A stretch of 64,000 nucleotides of DNA from Selaginella moellendorffii (Eukaryota > Plantae > Lycopodiophyta): assembly GCF_000143415.4 (NCBI RefSeq), contig NW_003314268.1:1002072-1066071 (forward strand), given 5' to 3'. Shown here piece by piece: positions 27,593-43,697 of this stretch (positions within the stretch are counted from its first letter, which is position 1; every line of letters begins with the position of its first letter). The translations under genes and the position numbers were made by a program. The notes under the pieces are model-generated. The model did not search any database and was not told the origin of the DNA. It saw nothing but the letters and a program-made list of their open reading frames with translations.

Positions 27593-29655
27593 ATGGCTAT
27601 GGCGGATGATAGCCAGGGCAGTGGCTACCGGGAATGCGATGGGATCTACTCCAGCCTCGCGTCGCCGGTGGCAATGCCGCTCCATCCCCATCTGGATTTC
27701 GTCTCCTACATGTTCTCGCAGCGATTTGGGAGGCCCGAGAGCGCCAGCAATGTCGCGATCTTGGATGGGAAATCTGGTCAGTCGCTCACTTGCTCGCAGC
27801 TGCGCCGATCGATCGAGGCGGTGGCGACGGGGCTGCACGAATCCGGCATCTGCCAGGGCGACGTTGTCATGATCTTGCTGCCCAACACCCTCGAGTTCCC
27901 GGTCATGTTTAACGCGGCGCTGCGCATTGGCGCGGTCGTGACGACTATGAATCCCCAGAACACGCCCGCCGAGATCGCGCGTCAGATGCTGGATTCGCGT
28001 CCCAAGATGGTGCTCACGAATCGCGCCGGGGTCGATAAGGTGAGAGCCGCTTCCCCAGATCTCCCAATCGTCCTCGTGGACGAGGAAGAACGCGAAGAAC
28101 ACGGAAGAACTCTAAACAGTGATGAGAAAAAGCCCCAATTCATCCCATTCTCTCGATTCCTCGCCTCGGATCCCGACCAGCGACCACGCAATCGATGCCT
28201 CATCCGCCAGAGCGATCCGGCAGCGCTGCTCTACTCGTCGGGCACCACCGGATTGAGCAAGGGCGTGGTGATCTCCCATGGAAACCTTATCGCCGCCATG
28301 GCCGTCCAGAACCAAGTGCCCGAGGAGATGGATCGCGGCGACACGAATGTGGTGCTCTTCCCGATGTATCACATCGGCGGATTGATGTGGCTGTGCTGTG
28401 GAGCGATCATGGGCGGCCCGACGTTCGTGCTGCTGCAGCGCTATGGATTGGCGGATCTGCTGCGCGCGGTGGAGCGGCACGGCGCCAACAAGATCACGTC
28501 CGCGCCGCCCGTCGCGCTGGATTTGCTCCACAGCGCCCAGACCGTGCGCTACGATCTGCGATCGCTGAGAGCGCTCATCTGCGCCGCCGCGCCGCTGAGC
28601 AAGGAGACGATCCAGGGCCTGATGATCAAGTTCCCCCACTTGGAGATGTTCATCCAGGTTTGAAAAATCCGTTGACTAACCGATGACTGTAAGGTTTGAC
28701 TAACAGTTCGTTGACTATGGTCATTGACCAACTGCTTGACTAACAGTCCTTTGACTAAATTGACTTTCTTCGTTTTTTGTAGATGTATGGAATGACCGAG
28801 ACTGTGACCGTGGGAAGCGGTGGAAGGGGCGTTATGGGATCTTCCGGGAGGCTAAATGCCACGCTGGAGGCTAGGGTTGTGGATCTGGAGACCCGGAAAT
28901 CACTGCCTCCTAATCAAAGAGGAGAGCTTTGGCTTCGAGGGTCACCGATCATGCAAGGTAAGTATAATTCTTATGGTCTTATGGTTTCTTCTATCATTCC
29001 TCTATGGCTTGCATAGTTTTTGATTTTACAAATTTATTGAACTTGCAGGGTATTTGAACAATCCAGTGGCCACCGCGGAGGCGATCGACAGTGATGGCTG
29101 GCTACACACGGGAGATCTCGTATATTTTGATTCCAAGGGGTATTTATACATCGTAGACCGTCTCAAGGAGTTGATTAAGTACAAGGGATACCAGGTATTT
29201 ACTTGGAAAAACGTATCTCATAGCGAGAGAATTAACCTTGCTTTGCTTTCAAGGTTGCACCAGCAGAGCTAGAAGCACTACTGCTCACACATCCGGCCAT
29301 AGTGGACTGTGCGGTAGTACCGTAAGTTTTACCAGCTTTCTTGTACATTGTTTTTACCAATTTTCTACAACATTTTTACCTCGCAGGTTTCCAGATGAAG
29401 TGGCTGGAGAGATTCCACAAGCGTTTATCGTTAGGGCTCGAGACAATAGCATTTCTAGCGAAGAAGTCATGCGTTACGTAGCAGACCAAGTAAGAGATTT
29501 CTTTGATTTTAACTCGAAAACAATCTTACAATTGTCTCTATGATCAAGGTGGCTCCGTACAAGAGAATCAGAAGAGTATCTTTCCTGGATAAGATTCCCA
29601 AGTCCGCCGCTGGTAAAATTCTTCGCAACGAGCTCAAGAAGGCGGCAAGCAAACT

Positions 29656-29659
<4 letters not shown>
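27593..29659 (+). CDS. Second 4CL-like acyl-activating enzyme, peroxisomal (ends SKL)
   Basis: [34 protein letters not shown]. The last exon reads [21 protein letters not shown]. Confidence 0.93.
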
Positions 29660-29696
<37 letters not shown>

Positions 29697-29700
29697 ATAC
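29659..29700. repeat. (AC)n microsatellite directly after the stop codon
   Basis: Visible directly. Confidence 0.9.
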
Positions 29701-29834
29701 TTTTTTTTTAACGGTGTCCGATTGTGCCAAGTCTCACAATCGGACGGCGTACAAGCTCTAACAAAACGCGTGGATTTCTTCGTTTACCCATTAGGGTTCT
29801 AGCGAAGGGATTTTGATGCTCCGGACGGATCTAG

Positions 29835-30883
29835 ATGCCCTACATTGAGGGAATCGGTGACGAGGTAGTCCTAGCGGCAGTGTTTGCCGCGCCGGCTGTG
29901 ATCGTCTACTGCTCTTCAGCTGGGTAAGACGGCCAGTAATTCTCGCGGGATATCTAGTTTTCTGGATTGATCGTCGATTGCAGTGTGTTTGCTCGACTGA
30001 GAAAGGGATTGCAGTCCCTAGGGGTGTGGATCGTCCAAATTTTCCAGATTTCGACAGCGCCGCCCCCGCTAGATCATCCGCCTATTACCATGGAGGCTCC
30101 GGACGAGAACGATTGCTGCTCGGTTTGCCACGATACTTTCACGCTCCCTTGCCAAGCGAACTGTGCTCATTGGTTTTGTGGTAAGCTATACATTTTGTGT
30201 GTGTGTGTGTGTGTTCTTTTGAGTCTCAGGAACTTTGATGGATTTCTTTTTTTTCTCTTTGTTCCAGGGGAATGCATTCTCAGAGTCTGGCAACACAGTG
30301 CTGCTTTACAGCCTTGCAAATGCCCGATTTGTCGCAGGACGATCAATCTTTTGATCCCGGGACGTGAGTATCAAGAGCGAAACCGAGATGCCGAGTCCGA
30401 GCGTTTGCTAAGAGAAATCTCAAAGTATAACCGGCTGTTTGGAGGAGCACCTTCCAGCGTGATTCAGGTAGAAGAACACGGTTTCTTACATTCATTGACG
30501 AGCTGGTTTACAGCGTTTAAGAGACATGCCTTTGCTTTTGAGGCGTTTCTTTCGAGATCTTTTGGATCCTCAGCGAGCGCTTCTTATTTTACACAGAACA
30601 CGCTTCATCCTAGTGGTAAACAGACAGTCAAGAAAAAGACTTTGTAGCCTAATGTGCTCTTCTCAGGTTTTCTTATCAATGTGCTATGTGCTTTCGCCCA
30701 TCGATCTTCTTCCAGAAGGTAATGTCTTTTGGAAACTTTGTTATTAAAATCTCTACCTGTGACGCAGCCGTTTTGGGATTAATCGGCCTCGTCGACGATG
30801 CTCTGGTTGTGTTCTTCGCTCTATTCCAAGTTTCCATGATCTACAGGCGTTTTCTCGTCCGGCAACACGGGAATTACAGCTAA
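29835..30883 (+). CDS. RNF170-like membrane RING (C3HC4) E3 ubiquitin ligase, multi-exon
   Basis: N-terminus MPYIEGIGDEV plus a TM segment, RING CSVC...CAHWFCGEC...CPICRR, and C-terminal YVLSPIDLLPEAVLGLIGLVDD. Confidence 0.88.
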
Positions 30884-31789
30884 GTTTAGGCCTTTGCTTG
30901 CTCTTGCCAAATTTGTATAGGTGTTTGCAAATTAATTGCAAGAAACAGCGTTTGAAAGAAAAGCTTCTCATCTTTTCTTCAAGCGAGTTGGAATTTTAAG
31001 TTATTTTTGGATAATTTTGTTTTACCCTTATAAAATAACAGCGACTACAACTCTTAAGGTTTTAAGACTTTCAAGTATGTTCTAAAAGATTCTTTAATCT
31101 AATCTTTTTCTCTAATTAAAATTTTAACATTAATCATTTTAGTTATCATTAATATAAATCATAGTTACCATCCAAAGATTGTTTCATGAATCTGGTTCAT
31201 CAAGAATTCATCCTTGCCATGGAGCTGAAAAACATGTGCTTTAGGTGTGTGAGCAAGCTTTCTCTAACTCTTCCTTTAACAAGTGTGATGGGAAGATTAA
31301 TAATTATGACTTTGGCATTCTCTAATGTTTACAATCTAACTCTTCACACAGGCAAAGAGTAATCTTAATAAAACCACACAATATTTTTCACTAGCAAAGC
31401 CTAGTCTAGAGCTTTTACCACAAAAAGCTCTTGCATCCATGAGCAGCTTTGCCACAATATATGTGAAAGATTGCCATGTAAAATTATCATGCTTTATCTA
31501 TTGTGTTTTTGTATCAAGAGTGGTTAACACCTTTTATACAAGCTAATATAGTGAGCTGGGATAGAATATTTTAAATACCGCTTTAAAGAATTATATTATA
31601 GAATATTCTTTTATATTAAATTTTTGTAAATTTTTAATTATTATTTATTTAAAATAAAACTATAACTCTCCATTTAACCTAATGGCAATTGCTTTCCAAT
31701 GATCACATGCATTAGAAAATCCTAAAGGACAAGATCACTTTTCTTAAAAAGGGTAAAGAACCAACAAATAATAAAAAGATATTTGATCA

Positions 31790-32820
31790 ATCCCAAGATA
31801 ATTGTTGTCACGCTCCGGTCTTGCAGAGCTTGGCCCACGCGATCTAATCCATATTTACTGACGGCTTTGTGCAGGAAAGTCGGGGACGAGGACCCCAGAG
31901 CTCGACCGAGCGTTGAACTGAGAAGATCGCGACCCCGGCAAGAACAAAAAGGAGAAATGCCTTCAAGACTGGAACTAAAATCTGGTGCGCTCCCGGAGAG
32001 GTCCCATACGCGGCGCCTTGAAAACTGGAAATCCTGCTGGTATCGGCGCCCTCTTCGCTCTCCAGAGGAGCTTCAAAGTGCTTACCAACGTCCTGTTCCG
32101 GTGGCTGGAGAGAATAAATCGTCGTGGACGTGTATGTCAAGGTTGTCGTTGTTCAAATAGTTTGACACGCCTAAAGGAAACGCTCGTATCCCCTGAACAG
32201 TTTAAACAAATGCGGAAGATCAAATAAGAAACATCACCGAGTAAACAACTCGAGAAACCACGAGAACAACCACACACACACAAGCTTTCGACAGCTTTGT
32301 ACCATACCAATCCAGAAAGAAAGAAGAAAACCTCCATACAGTCACCATCCACGAAAACGTTCAAAGAATCCTCACAAGTGACAAACTATAAAACTTTCAC
32401 AAAGAAACAAAGAATCATAGAACAAAAGAAAGAACCGCAATATCTGGTTGGAGAGCTCGACCTTCCAGGCCTTGGCAGGGGATGGAGTCTTGTTGAGTAG
32501 AAAAGAAGACACCATCAACCTCAAACACGAGTGCGAAAGCATGAAGTGTTTCTGACGATGGAAGGCCGACTCTTGGCTTACATAATGAAGTCAAGAAATC
32601 TAAATACACACCACATAGCAATCGAAGACTATAAACTTTGTGCTTGATCTTGCCTTGATCCACCAGTGTGAGCTCAAGCAGCGCTGCCGTTGCTGGCGAG
32701 CACCATAGAGAGAATCGTCGTCCATCGCGACATGCCAGTGAATATCCATTGATCGTGAAATGATACACACTGCGTGATCTAGCTTCCTGCTGTAATGCAA
32801 CTGTTGGAGGCCGTGCCATA
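31790..32820 (-). pseudogene. Fragmented MATH-BTB (BPM-like) pseudogene
   Basis: Collinear remnants HFTINGYSLA, ALLELTLVDQGKIKHKVYS, DVGKHFEAPLESEEGAD and KYGLDR, separated by large deletions and frameshifts. Confidence 0.7.
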
Positions 32821-33076
32821 GGAATCCAAGCTCATCCTTCCTCCAGCCTCACCGAGATTGATAAGTTGCGATGGCGATGACGCAGAAGTGGAAGAAACCC
32901 CGCGAAATTCCTGGAAATATCTTCAGCCGCGAGAGAATCGAGCGCCAGCTGCCGCACGGCTCAGCGCCGAGGATCCATGATGATCCACCGTCGATTCTAT
33001 GGACGGTCCAGATCCGAGAGCCCTGAGGTACGAAACTTTTAGGGCGCCAGACCCTTTAGCTTAGGAGAAATTAATT

Positions 33077-33085
33077 TTAGGGTTT
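33077..33085 (-). promoter_or_regulatory. Telo-box (AAACCCTAA) upstream of SEC23
   Basis: TTAGGGTTT lies 35 nt before the ATG, typical of plant housekeeping genes. Confidence 0.5.
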
Positions 33086-33120
33086 ATAGGCCCCGGATCG
33101 GCGCGGATCGTCAATCGGCC

Positions 33121-35964
<2,844 letters not shown>

Positions 35965-38900
35965 TGCGATTCATTTGCTGAAATAAAAGTTCTTATTTTA
36001 CCTCCGACCACCTTGGTTCCCTTTTTCAAATATGAAGGGGATGAAGATTTCTCCATATACAATAGCAATTGAAAACTAGAGATCCATTGCATTGTACAGT
36101 TGGGATCCATGTATTATTATTCATTCATTCATTAGTCTTATAAAGTTTTGCAGCAATCACTCTAATTAGATTGCTTGAGTACAAGTGGCTCAACTTTCAG
36201 AAGATTAACTGGCTATGCCATAACATGTGTATATGACATATTAGTATTTTTTGTTTCGAAAACTAATTCCCTGAGTGAGGGCTCAATTGCCTCCTGATTC
36301 ATATTGCTTAATACAAATGGAACACTCTAATATTGTTTTTTTCGTCTGTTACAATTGTTTGTTCAACTATTTACATCCAGCACAAGCTGCAAGAGTTTAG
36401 CTTGGAAACGAGTGGTGGCTTTTGTGAAGGCCTAAAGACGTTCGTACTAAGACAAATTGGTATGCAATGACTCCATTTCCCTCATGTATGAGCATGGTTA
36501 ATGCTACAAAATATGCTATCTACAGGGCATCCATCAACCCAGCTACTTGGATTTCTTATGACCACTGTGCACCTTGGATCCACAAGTTGGCAACTTACCA
36601 GTGCAGAGCACACTGCCTCCGAGTTAAGCAAGGGCATCACCATCGTCCATGAATTACCAATGTCCACTATACGAGTCACTGCAGGACTAGACATCAACTC
36701 TACCCTGGGAGGAGCACGACAAGGAAATGGAGTGGGTATGCACTACACATGAAGACTAGAGGGACACAAGAGAGCTAAAATGCATTGCATGCATGTCCTT
36801 TACTCCTTGGTTGGGCTCTGAGTGGACTATAATATTGTCCTAGACTCCTTACAAAATTGCTCTACTCTTTTGCTTATTGTAATAAATTAATTGCCTAAAA
36901 AATAAGTAAGCTAAAATAACCTTAAACTAAGTATAGTAACTATAATCTCACAGTCAAACCACTTCCAAAATTGTATGAAAATCTAGAATAGAGATTGATG
37001 GGAAATGGATTTAGAAGCTCATCTACCGAGTGCAAAGGATTTTGTAGATAATCCCATCTCTTATGACTAAACAACTAGCTCCTCTGATCTGTCAAGAGCA
37101 GCAACAACTTGCTCCATTCCCTTAGTAAAGCAGCTAGGGTTGCTTTGTTGAGCCTTGGCCATGAATGCGAGCTCCAAGTGGTAAGTAGCCTAACTTCTCC
37201 TGGACTTGGTTTTTGACTATCTACCATTCTAAGCATCACATAACAAGAAGAGAAAGACATTCACCTCTTGGATCTGCCTCTAAAATCTCTTATTACAGAT
37301 TGTTTATAACTTCAATTCCTCTCCTAGACTGTGATTCTTTCCAATTACTCCATTCTGAGCTATTTACCATCAATATGAGCTTGTTCTTCAGCTGATACAG
37401 CCTTTCCATAAGCAAGAAATTTACAGTCCATTCCATGGCATTTTGATGGAAATTTATAGTCCATTTACCCCTACTTCTTTCTAAACCAAATTGGCTCCCA
37501 ATTCTTACATTCTAGCTTGCAGTGACTTGTTCACTAGAAAATGGCTAACTAAATGGATCATATTGCAATACAATGGTGATATAGTTAGATTTATTTAAAT
37601 TATTATTCTCAAGCTGTGAGTGGGATATAGGAATATGTGTGCTTTTACAAGTGGGAGTGCTATATATTAATTGGGGTTTAGAGCTTTGCTTATATACAAG
37701 AACGGATGGATTAAATTACATCCCAAATAGATGGTCTATATACTTATAGTATTATAATTAATGTATTACCTACCTAAGGTAATACATGTATACACAATAT
37801 ATATATTTACAAACCTTACAGCATCTTCCCTTCTAGAAGATAAAAAAAGGTGATGATAATAAGTCAAATGGAATACTTAGAGCTTTTGTTGTGTTGTTAT
37901 AAACCACAATATGAATTTGAAACTCCCACAAAACCATTAATAAAGTTATTGATAACTATGATTGAAACTAAACCCAAAGCCATGACATAAATATTAGCCA
38001 ACTACGGAATCCTGATGCATCAGTTGCAACTCTAGCCAAATGCTTAAATGAATCATAAAGTTATAATTTTGAATCCAAACAAAGGATTTCACAAACAACT
38101 GTAATCTATAAAATACCATTGTAGCAAATGATATATTTTGCCTTCTATGCCTTTATTGCTTGCTAATAATCCTTTGAAACAACTGTTAACTCAAACTTAC
38201 GACTATAAATAAAACTTGTCTCTACATCTTCCCTTCAATCAACATCCAAGACCCATATTAATTTAGACTCATGACTGTTGTCTTCATGTACTATTGCACA
38301 TAGGAGGTTAAATTCACTCCATTTGTCTTTCACATCCTTTTATCCCCTCTTCAAATGAAAAAAAAAGTTCTAAAGCACCAATTTTATTTAGACTTGTTAT
38401 GATTATTTTCACTCCGCCATTTATGTTTAGCCTCACTCCACTATTATATTCATTTGGCCTCTCTATGTTAGAGCCAAATATTCCATTTAGAATTCACTAT
38501 GCTTATCTTTACTTCACAATCCATAGCATTCATCCTCATTCCACTTTTGTATTTACTCATTCTCACTCTATTGTCGGGGCTGGACTCTCATCTATCACCC
38601 CTTCCTCTAAAGAAAAAAAAGTTTGAAGTATCGAGGCAGAAAAATAAAAATGAGAAAAATTAAGGAAAAAAAATTGTGGCATATGCTTAAAACTTGGAAA
38701 ATAAGGGATTTCCTATCATAAAATATTTTGGCCACCATAATATAAATAAAAAATTCATATCATTCAAACACACAACTCAACACTTGAGACAGAAAAATTA
38801 ATAACAACATTCACACTCTTAAGGGAATATATAAACTCCTCAACAACAATGTAAAACAAAAGCTCTTCACAATACTAAAAAATGGGGATATGCATTCAAC

Positions 38901-40199
38901 CTAAAATTTTAACAAAAGTGACTCAACCTTTGGAACAGAGGAATACTTAACACAAAAATTGATCAAAGACTTTGCTAATAAAACAAAAGTAAATTTTTTA
39001 ACTTTATGTACATACTCAACATTTAAATTAATATTTAAATTAGTATGAGGAAGACAAAAAACACTCAATTTAACATTGGACTAAAAATAAAAATCATAAA
39101 AGTAAAAAATGATCAATATATAAAAAAAAGGAAATATTGCAAATGAGGAAGGAACACTAAAAACATGAGAAGGTGGCTCAGGCTGAGAAATAAAAAAAAG
39201 TTGGAAAATATTAGAAGGTAAGGAGAAAGGATTAAATGGCAAATTAAATGATTAACACCTACCCCATGAAATCATTTCTAAAGTTATCTTCATAATAATC
39301 AAGCTTGTCATCACAATCCGAAGTCCACTTAAACTCATACACATCATCTTCCCAGAAACTCAATCCTTGAATATTCTCCAAGAACTAGACTATATCATCC
39401 ATATCTCACCAATTGATGTCATGATTATACTTCACATCAACAGAATATGGCAAAACATTGATAATAGAACAAGTTGTATAATCACATTTTATAGAAGTTA
39501 GAAATAACAACACACCAAGGACAAGTGTAACACTAGTATGATCACACCCCACAATAATAAAAGTTTGATATAATGGAACACCCCAAGTGATATACTCTTT
39601 AATTGATGATGGTATGGCATGGTATAAGAAGAGAATGCAATGAAGATCAAAAGAAAGAATAAATTTAAGCACAACAATAGCTAAATTTCTAAATCTTGCA
39701 AAAAGCTAATATAGATCTAGATTTAAAAAAGAATGAAGAAATTACAATAAAAAACACAATCTTGAACACTAAAGCAAAGTAATGCCAAAAAGCTTTACTT
39801 TTCAAAGATAAATTGTACAGTGGTTATGATGTTGTATACTAATATTAGTGTACTGGGATTTTAGTAACCGTCAGATTGGTTTCAATCCGGACCACTTGCT
39901 CTTATATATAAGCTATGGTTTTTAAGCTAATTAATATGCATATTTTTTGTATTCCATTTTCATATTCCATGCACTCATATTGGTGAAGGTGAGGGGCACC
40001 TTTTGATTGTCCCTAAGGAGTGCTTGGATTTGGGATTTTGGTTCAGATCTAGCTTTTACATCGTTTAGATATAATTTTTTCCATTTTCTTTCTTTTATTC
40101 TTTCCTTCAAGAAGTTTGGTTTTGATTTAGCTTTTTGCATTGTCTAGATCTCCCCTTTTTTCTAGCTTTTTGTCATTTCTCTTCTTTTTTTCTTTCCTT

Positions 40200-43100
40200 T
40201 TCATTTATCTTCATAGCAAATCAGCAATCTCCTCTTTTGACTCTAGAGCAGCAGTTGGTACAATTTCTTGATGCTATGCGCTTGCAATTGAACAACCAAA
40301 CTCAATTGATGGTGGCATTCATGGCACGTGGTCCAACTTCTCCTGCTCTTGGTGCCAATCCTCGCATTTAGCCGGAGTTCTTTTGTAAAAATATTGGGGA
40401 TAATGTGTACCATTGGTTTAATCTCTTCACGGTGATTGCCACATATCATTCTTGGGATGATGCTTGACATTTGCATGAGTTTCCTACGTGTCTCCAAGGG
40501 ACAGCACTGCAATGGTACAATGGTTTGAGTGCAGCCACTCGTGGGGATTGGAGTGTTCTCCCAAATGTCTTCAAACGTGCATTTAAACATGCTGACAATT
40601 GTGATGATGCCTTCCAGCAATTGCATTGTCTTCGTCAAGAACCATCTAAGTCGGTGATGCAATTTGGCGTTTGTTTCCGAAACCTCTTGCTTTGTGCAGA
40701 GCCAAATATATCAAAGCGGATCAAGCTAGGAATGTTGTGGCCAACACTTCGTCAAGATCTTGTCAGAATTATGCATGCACTTGCTCTAGCCACCCTTGAC
40801 GATGCTTTTCGTTTGGCACAATGTTATAAGATGTCGCCTCTTCCCCTTCTCGCTGCACATCCTTCAGCTCCACTTTCTGTAGGTGATGGTCCTGTTCCAA
40901 TGGAGGTTGATGCTGCTGTTGCTTGAGTCTAAGGACAAGGACGAGGACGTGGTCGTGGCTGTGATATTTGATGTTAGGCATGTGATGAAGTTAGTCACAC
41001 TTATCGGCGTTGTTGGCATTTTCCAGATTGGTGACTTCCATTTCCTGGGTGGAGACTTTGGCGTCAACAATGTCCTATTGGTGCTGCTGCAGTGGAAGGT
41101 CTGGACACCAAGATGCATCTGGGAAACGAGGAGTCACGCGAGTAATAGAGGGACCTTGCACAAATAAGTCAATGACCCCTCCATCTTTTTTTCGGGAGTA
41201 TCATCAAGGGGTTCACTCAGCACCAGTTTATATAGTGTTTACTTTCCAAGCTCATTTTTATAATAAGAGGTTTCTTATTATTCTCCCTATGTTGGTTGAT
41301 ACAGGTTCAAGTTTATCTTCTATTGCTCGACCTATTGCCACACATTGCCATCTACACTTGCATCGTGCGGCAGAACCAATTTTCATTCTTTATGGCAACA
41401 ATCATACACATGCATGTGCACGGGATGAGGTAGATCTAGTTGTGTGTGTGGGCGATCTCGAGCTTGGGTTGCAGTCATTGTGGGTGGTGCCAACTCAAGC
41501 TTTTGAGCTCATCCTTAGTATGGATTGATTGCAACACAATTATGCCAAGTGTGACTTTGAGGCTTCTCCCCTTTGTCTCATACTTCTTTATATTTCATCC
41601 ATTCCTTTCACTTTTGTACTTTTTCATCCTTTTACTTTTACTTTTACTTCCATTACTTTTGTCCCCCCACTAATTCCTTTTATGTTTCTATCCTGTTTTG
41701 CTCTTCCTTTTTTCAATCCCTCTAACAATCTTTGTGCTGCAATAGTTGACTAGCTCATGGAGTATTTTGATCTCTTTGAATTTGACTTATCATCTAGGGC
41801 CAAGATTACCACACATTATCTGATTCTAACCAAGGATGCTTGTCCAATCAAAGTTCTTATTCATTGTTGGTCACCCAAAGAGATCAAGATTTTACGTGCA
41901 AACATCAAGGAAATGTTGGAGAAGGGTGTTATTAGGAAGTTGCGGAGTCCTTGGGTATGTGAACCTCATTTTGTAACAAAGCTTGATGGGAATATTCATT
42001 TCTGCATCGACTATCGTCCATAAACGAAGTGACAATCCTGAATGTGTACCCTCTTCCTCATACTACTAATCTCTTGGATCGTCTAAGGCGACGTTGTTGG
42101 TTCACCAAGCTCAATCTTACTTCTGGGTACTGGCAAGTACCAATGGCCAAAGAAGATATTCCTAAAATTATTTTTCATATACCATTTGGTTTGTATGAGT
42201 TTTTGGTGATGCTGTTTTATTTGAACAATGCTCCAACAACTTTCCAATAGATGATGGACAAAGTTGTTTGCGATATGCCAAAAGTGACTGTTGGCTTTAT
42301 TGATGATGTCTTGATTCACTTAGAGGGGACATGGGAAAAGCACGTTTGTGATGTTTATAAAGTGTTGGATCAGCTATGAGATGTTAGTTTAAAATTGAAG
42401 TGGTCAAAGTACATGTTTGGGTCCAAGAACACAACTTATCTTAGGTACCATATTTCTTATGAGGGTTTGCAAGTTAATATTGACAAACTTGTGGCTATTC
42501 TACAGTTCTCTACTCCGAAGTGTGTGAATGATGTGCAACACTTCTTGGGCAAGGTGTAGTATCTCGGTCATTTGTGGATCATCTTTCTGATCATATTGCA
42601 TCGTTGCAAGCATTGCTGAAGTCATCAACATCATCTTTCATCTAGTCTCCGGATTGTGAGTGGGCGTTCATGGATCTCAAAGAGCTCTTGACAACTCCTC
42701 CAGTTTTAGCATATCTTGACTATATTTGACCTTTTATATTGCGCATGGATGCTTTTGGTATTGGTCTTAGAGATGTGTTGATGTAAGAAAGCCCAAGTAT
42801 GCTTGGTCAGTGCCATTCCAATTTGTATAATATTACAACTAGCATAGATGAATTATTCCACGACAAAGGAGTGTTTAGTAGTAGTCTGGGGTTTCAAAAA
42901 ACTTCATACATATCTACATGGTTCTCGGACGTTACTTGAAGGTGATCATGTTGCCATTACTTCATTATTAAAGTGAAAGAACCTGGTTCGTCGTATTACT
43001 TGGTGGACTTTGAAGCTTCAGATATATGATTTTGATGTTGTTCATCGCTCAGGGAGTTTTATGGCTGATGCTGATGCCCTTTCGCGAGCTCCTATTCCTT

Positions 43101-43495
43101 CTCTACTCTCTTTTCATGTTTCTAATGAGCCTGTTGTTCCAACATTTATGGATTTTCTAGATGAGGATTATATGCCGTTGGCAGTTGCTATACTTGACGT
43201 TCAGTGTCCACAAGGCGCAGAGCAAGATCTACCTTCTCTTGATGAGGTTTATGAAGCTTAAAAGAATAAGCCATGGATTCAAAGGGTTCAAGATAGGTTT
43301 GAGAATCTTGCATCACTTACTAATGATTTACCATTCCAGCATTTATATTTTTAATATCACTTTGAGGACAATGGCTTTCTTTATTTTGTGAGGACTGATC
43401 CTAATGATCCTTTACAGCTAATAGTGTCTTATGTTTTTATTCCACGTTTTCTCTATGCTTACCATGATTCTCCTGTTCTAGTAGGCATATAGGAC
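40200..43495 (+). mobile_element. Degenerate Ty3/Gypsy LTR retrotransposon internal region (gag-PR-RT-RNaseH-start of IN)
   Basis: Gag LQGTALQWY and PVPMEVD, decayed CCHC knuckle, protease LVDTGSS, RT FCIDYR, YPLP, SGYWQV, NAPTTFQ and FIDDVLI, RNaseH-linker ADALSR. Many stops. Ends at the TA repeat, and LTRs were not resolved. Confidence 0.9.
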
Positions 43496-43499
43496 ATGG

Positions 43500-43697
<198 letters not shown>

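Noticed and set aside
36000-39800. AT-rich region probably made of old transposons, with a possible minus-strand PPT/LTR edge near 37820
   Set aside because: No diagnostic protein motifs or paired LTRs could be read with confidence.
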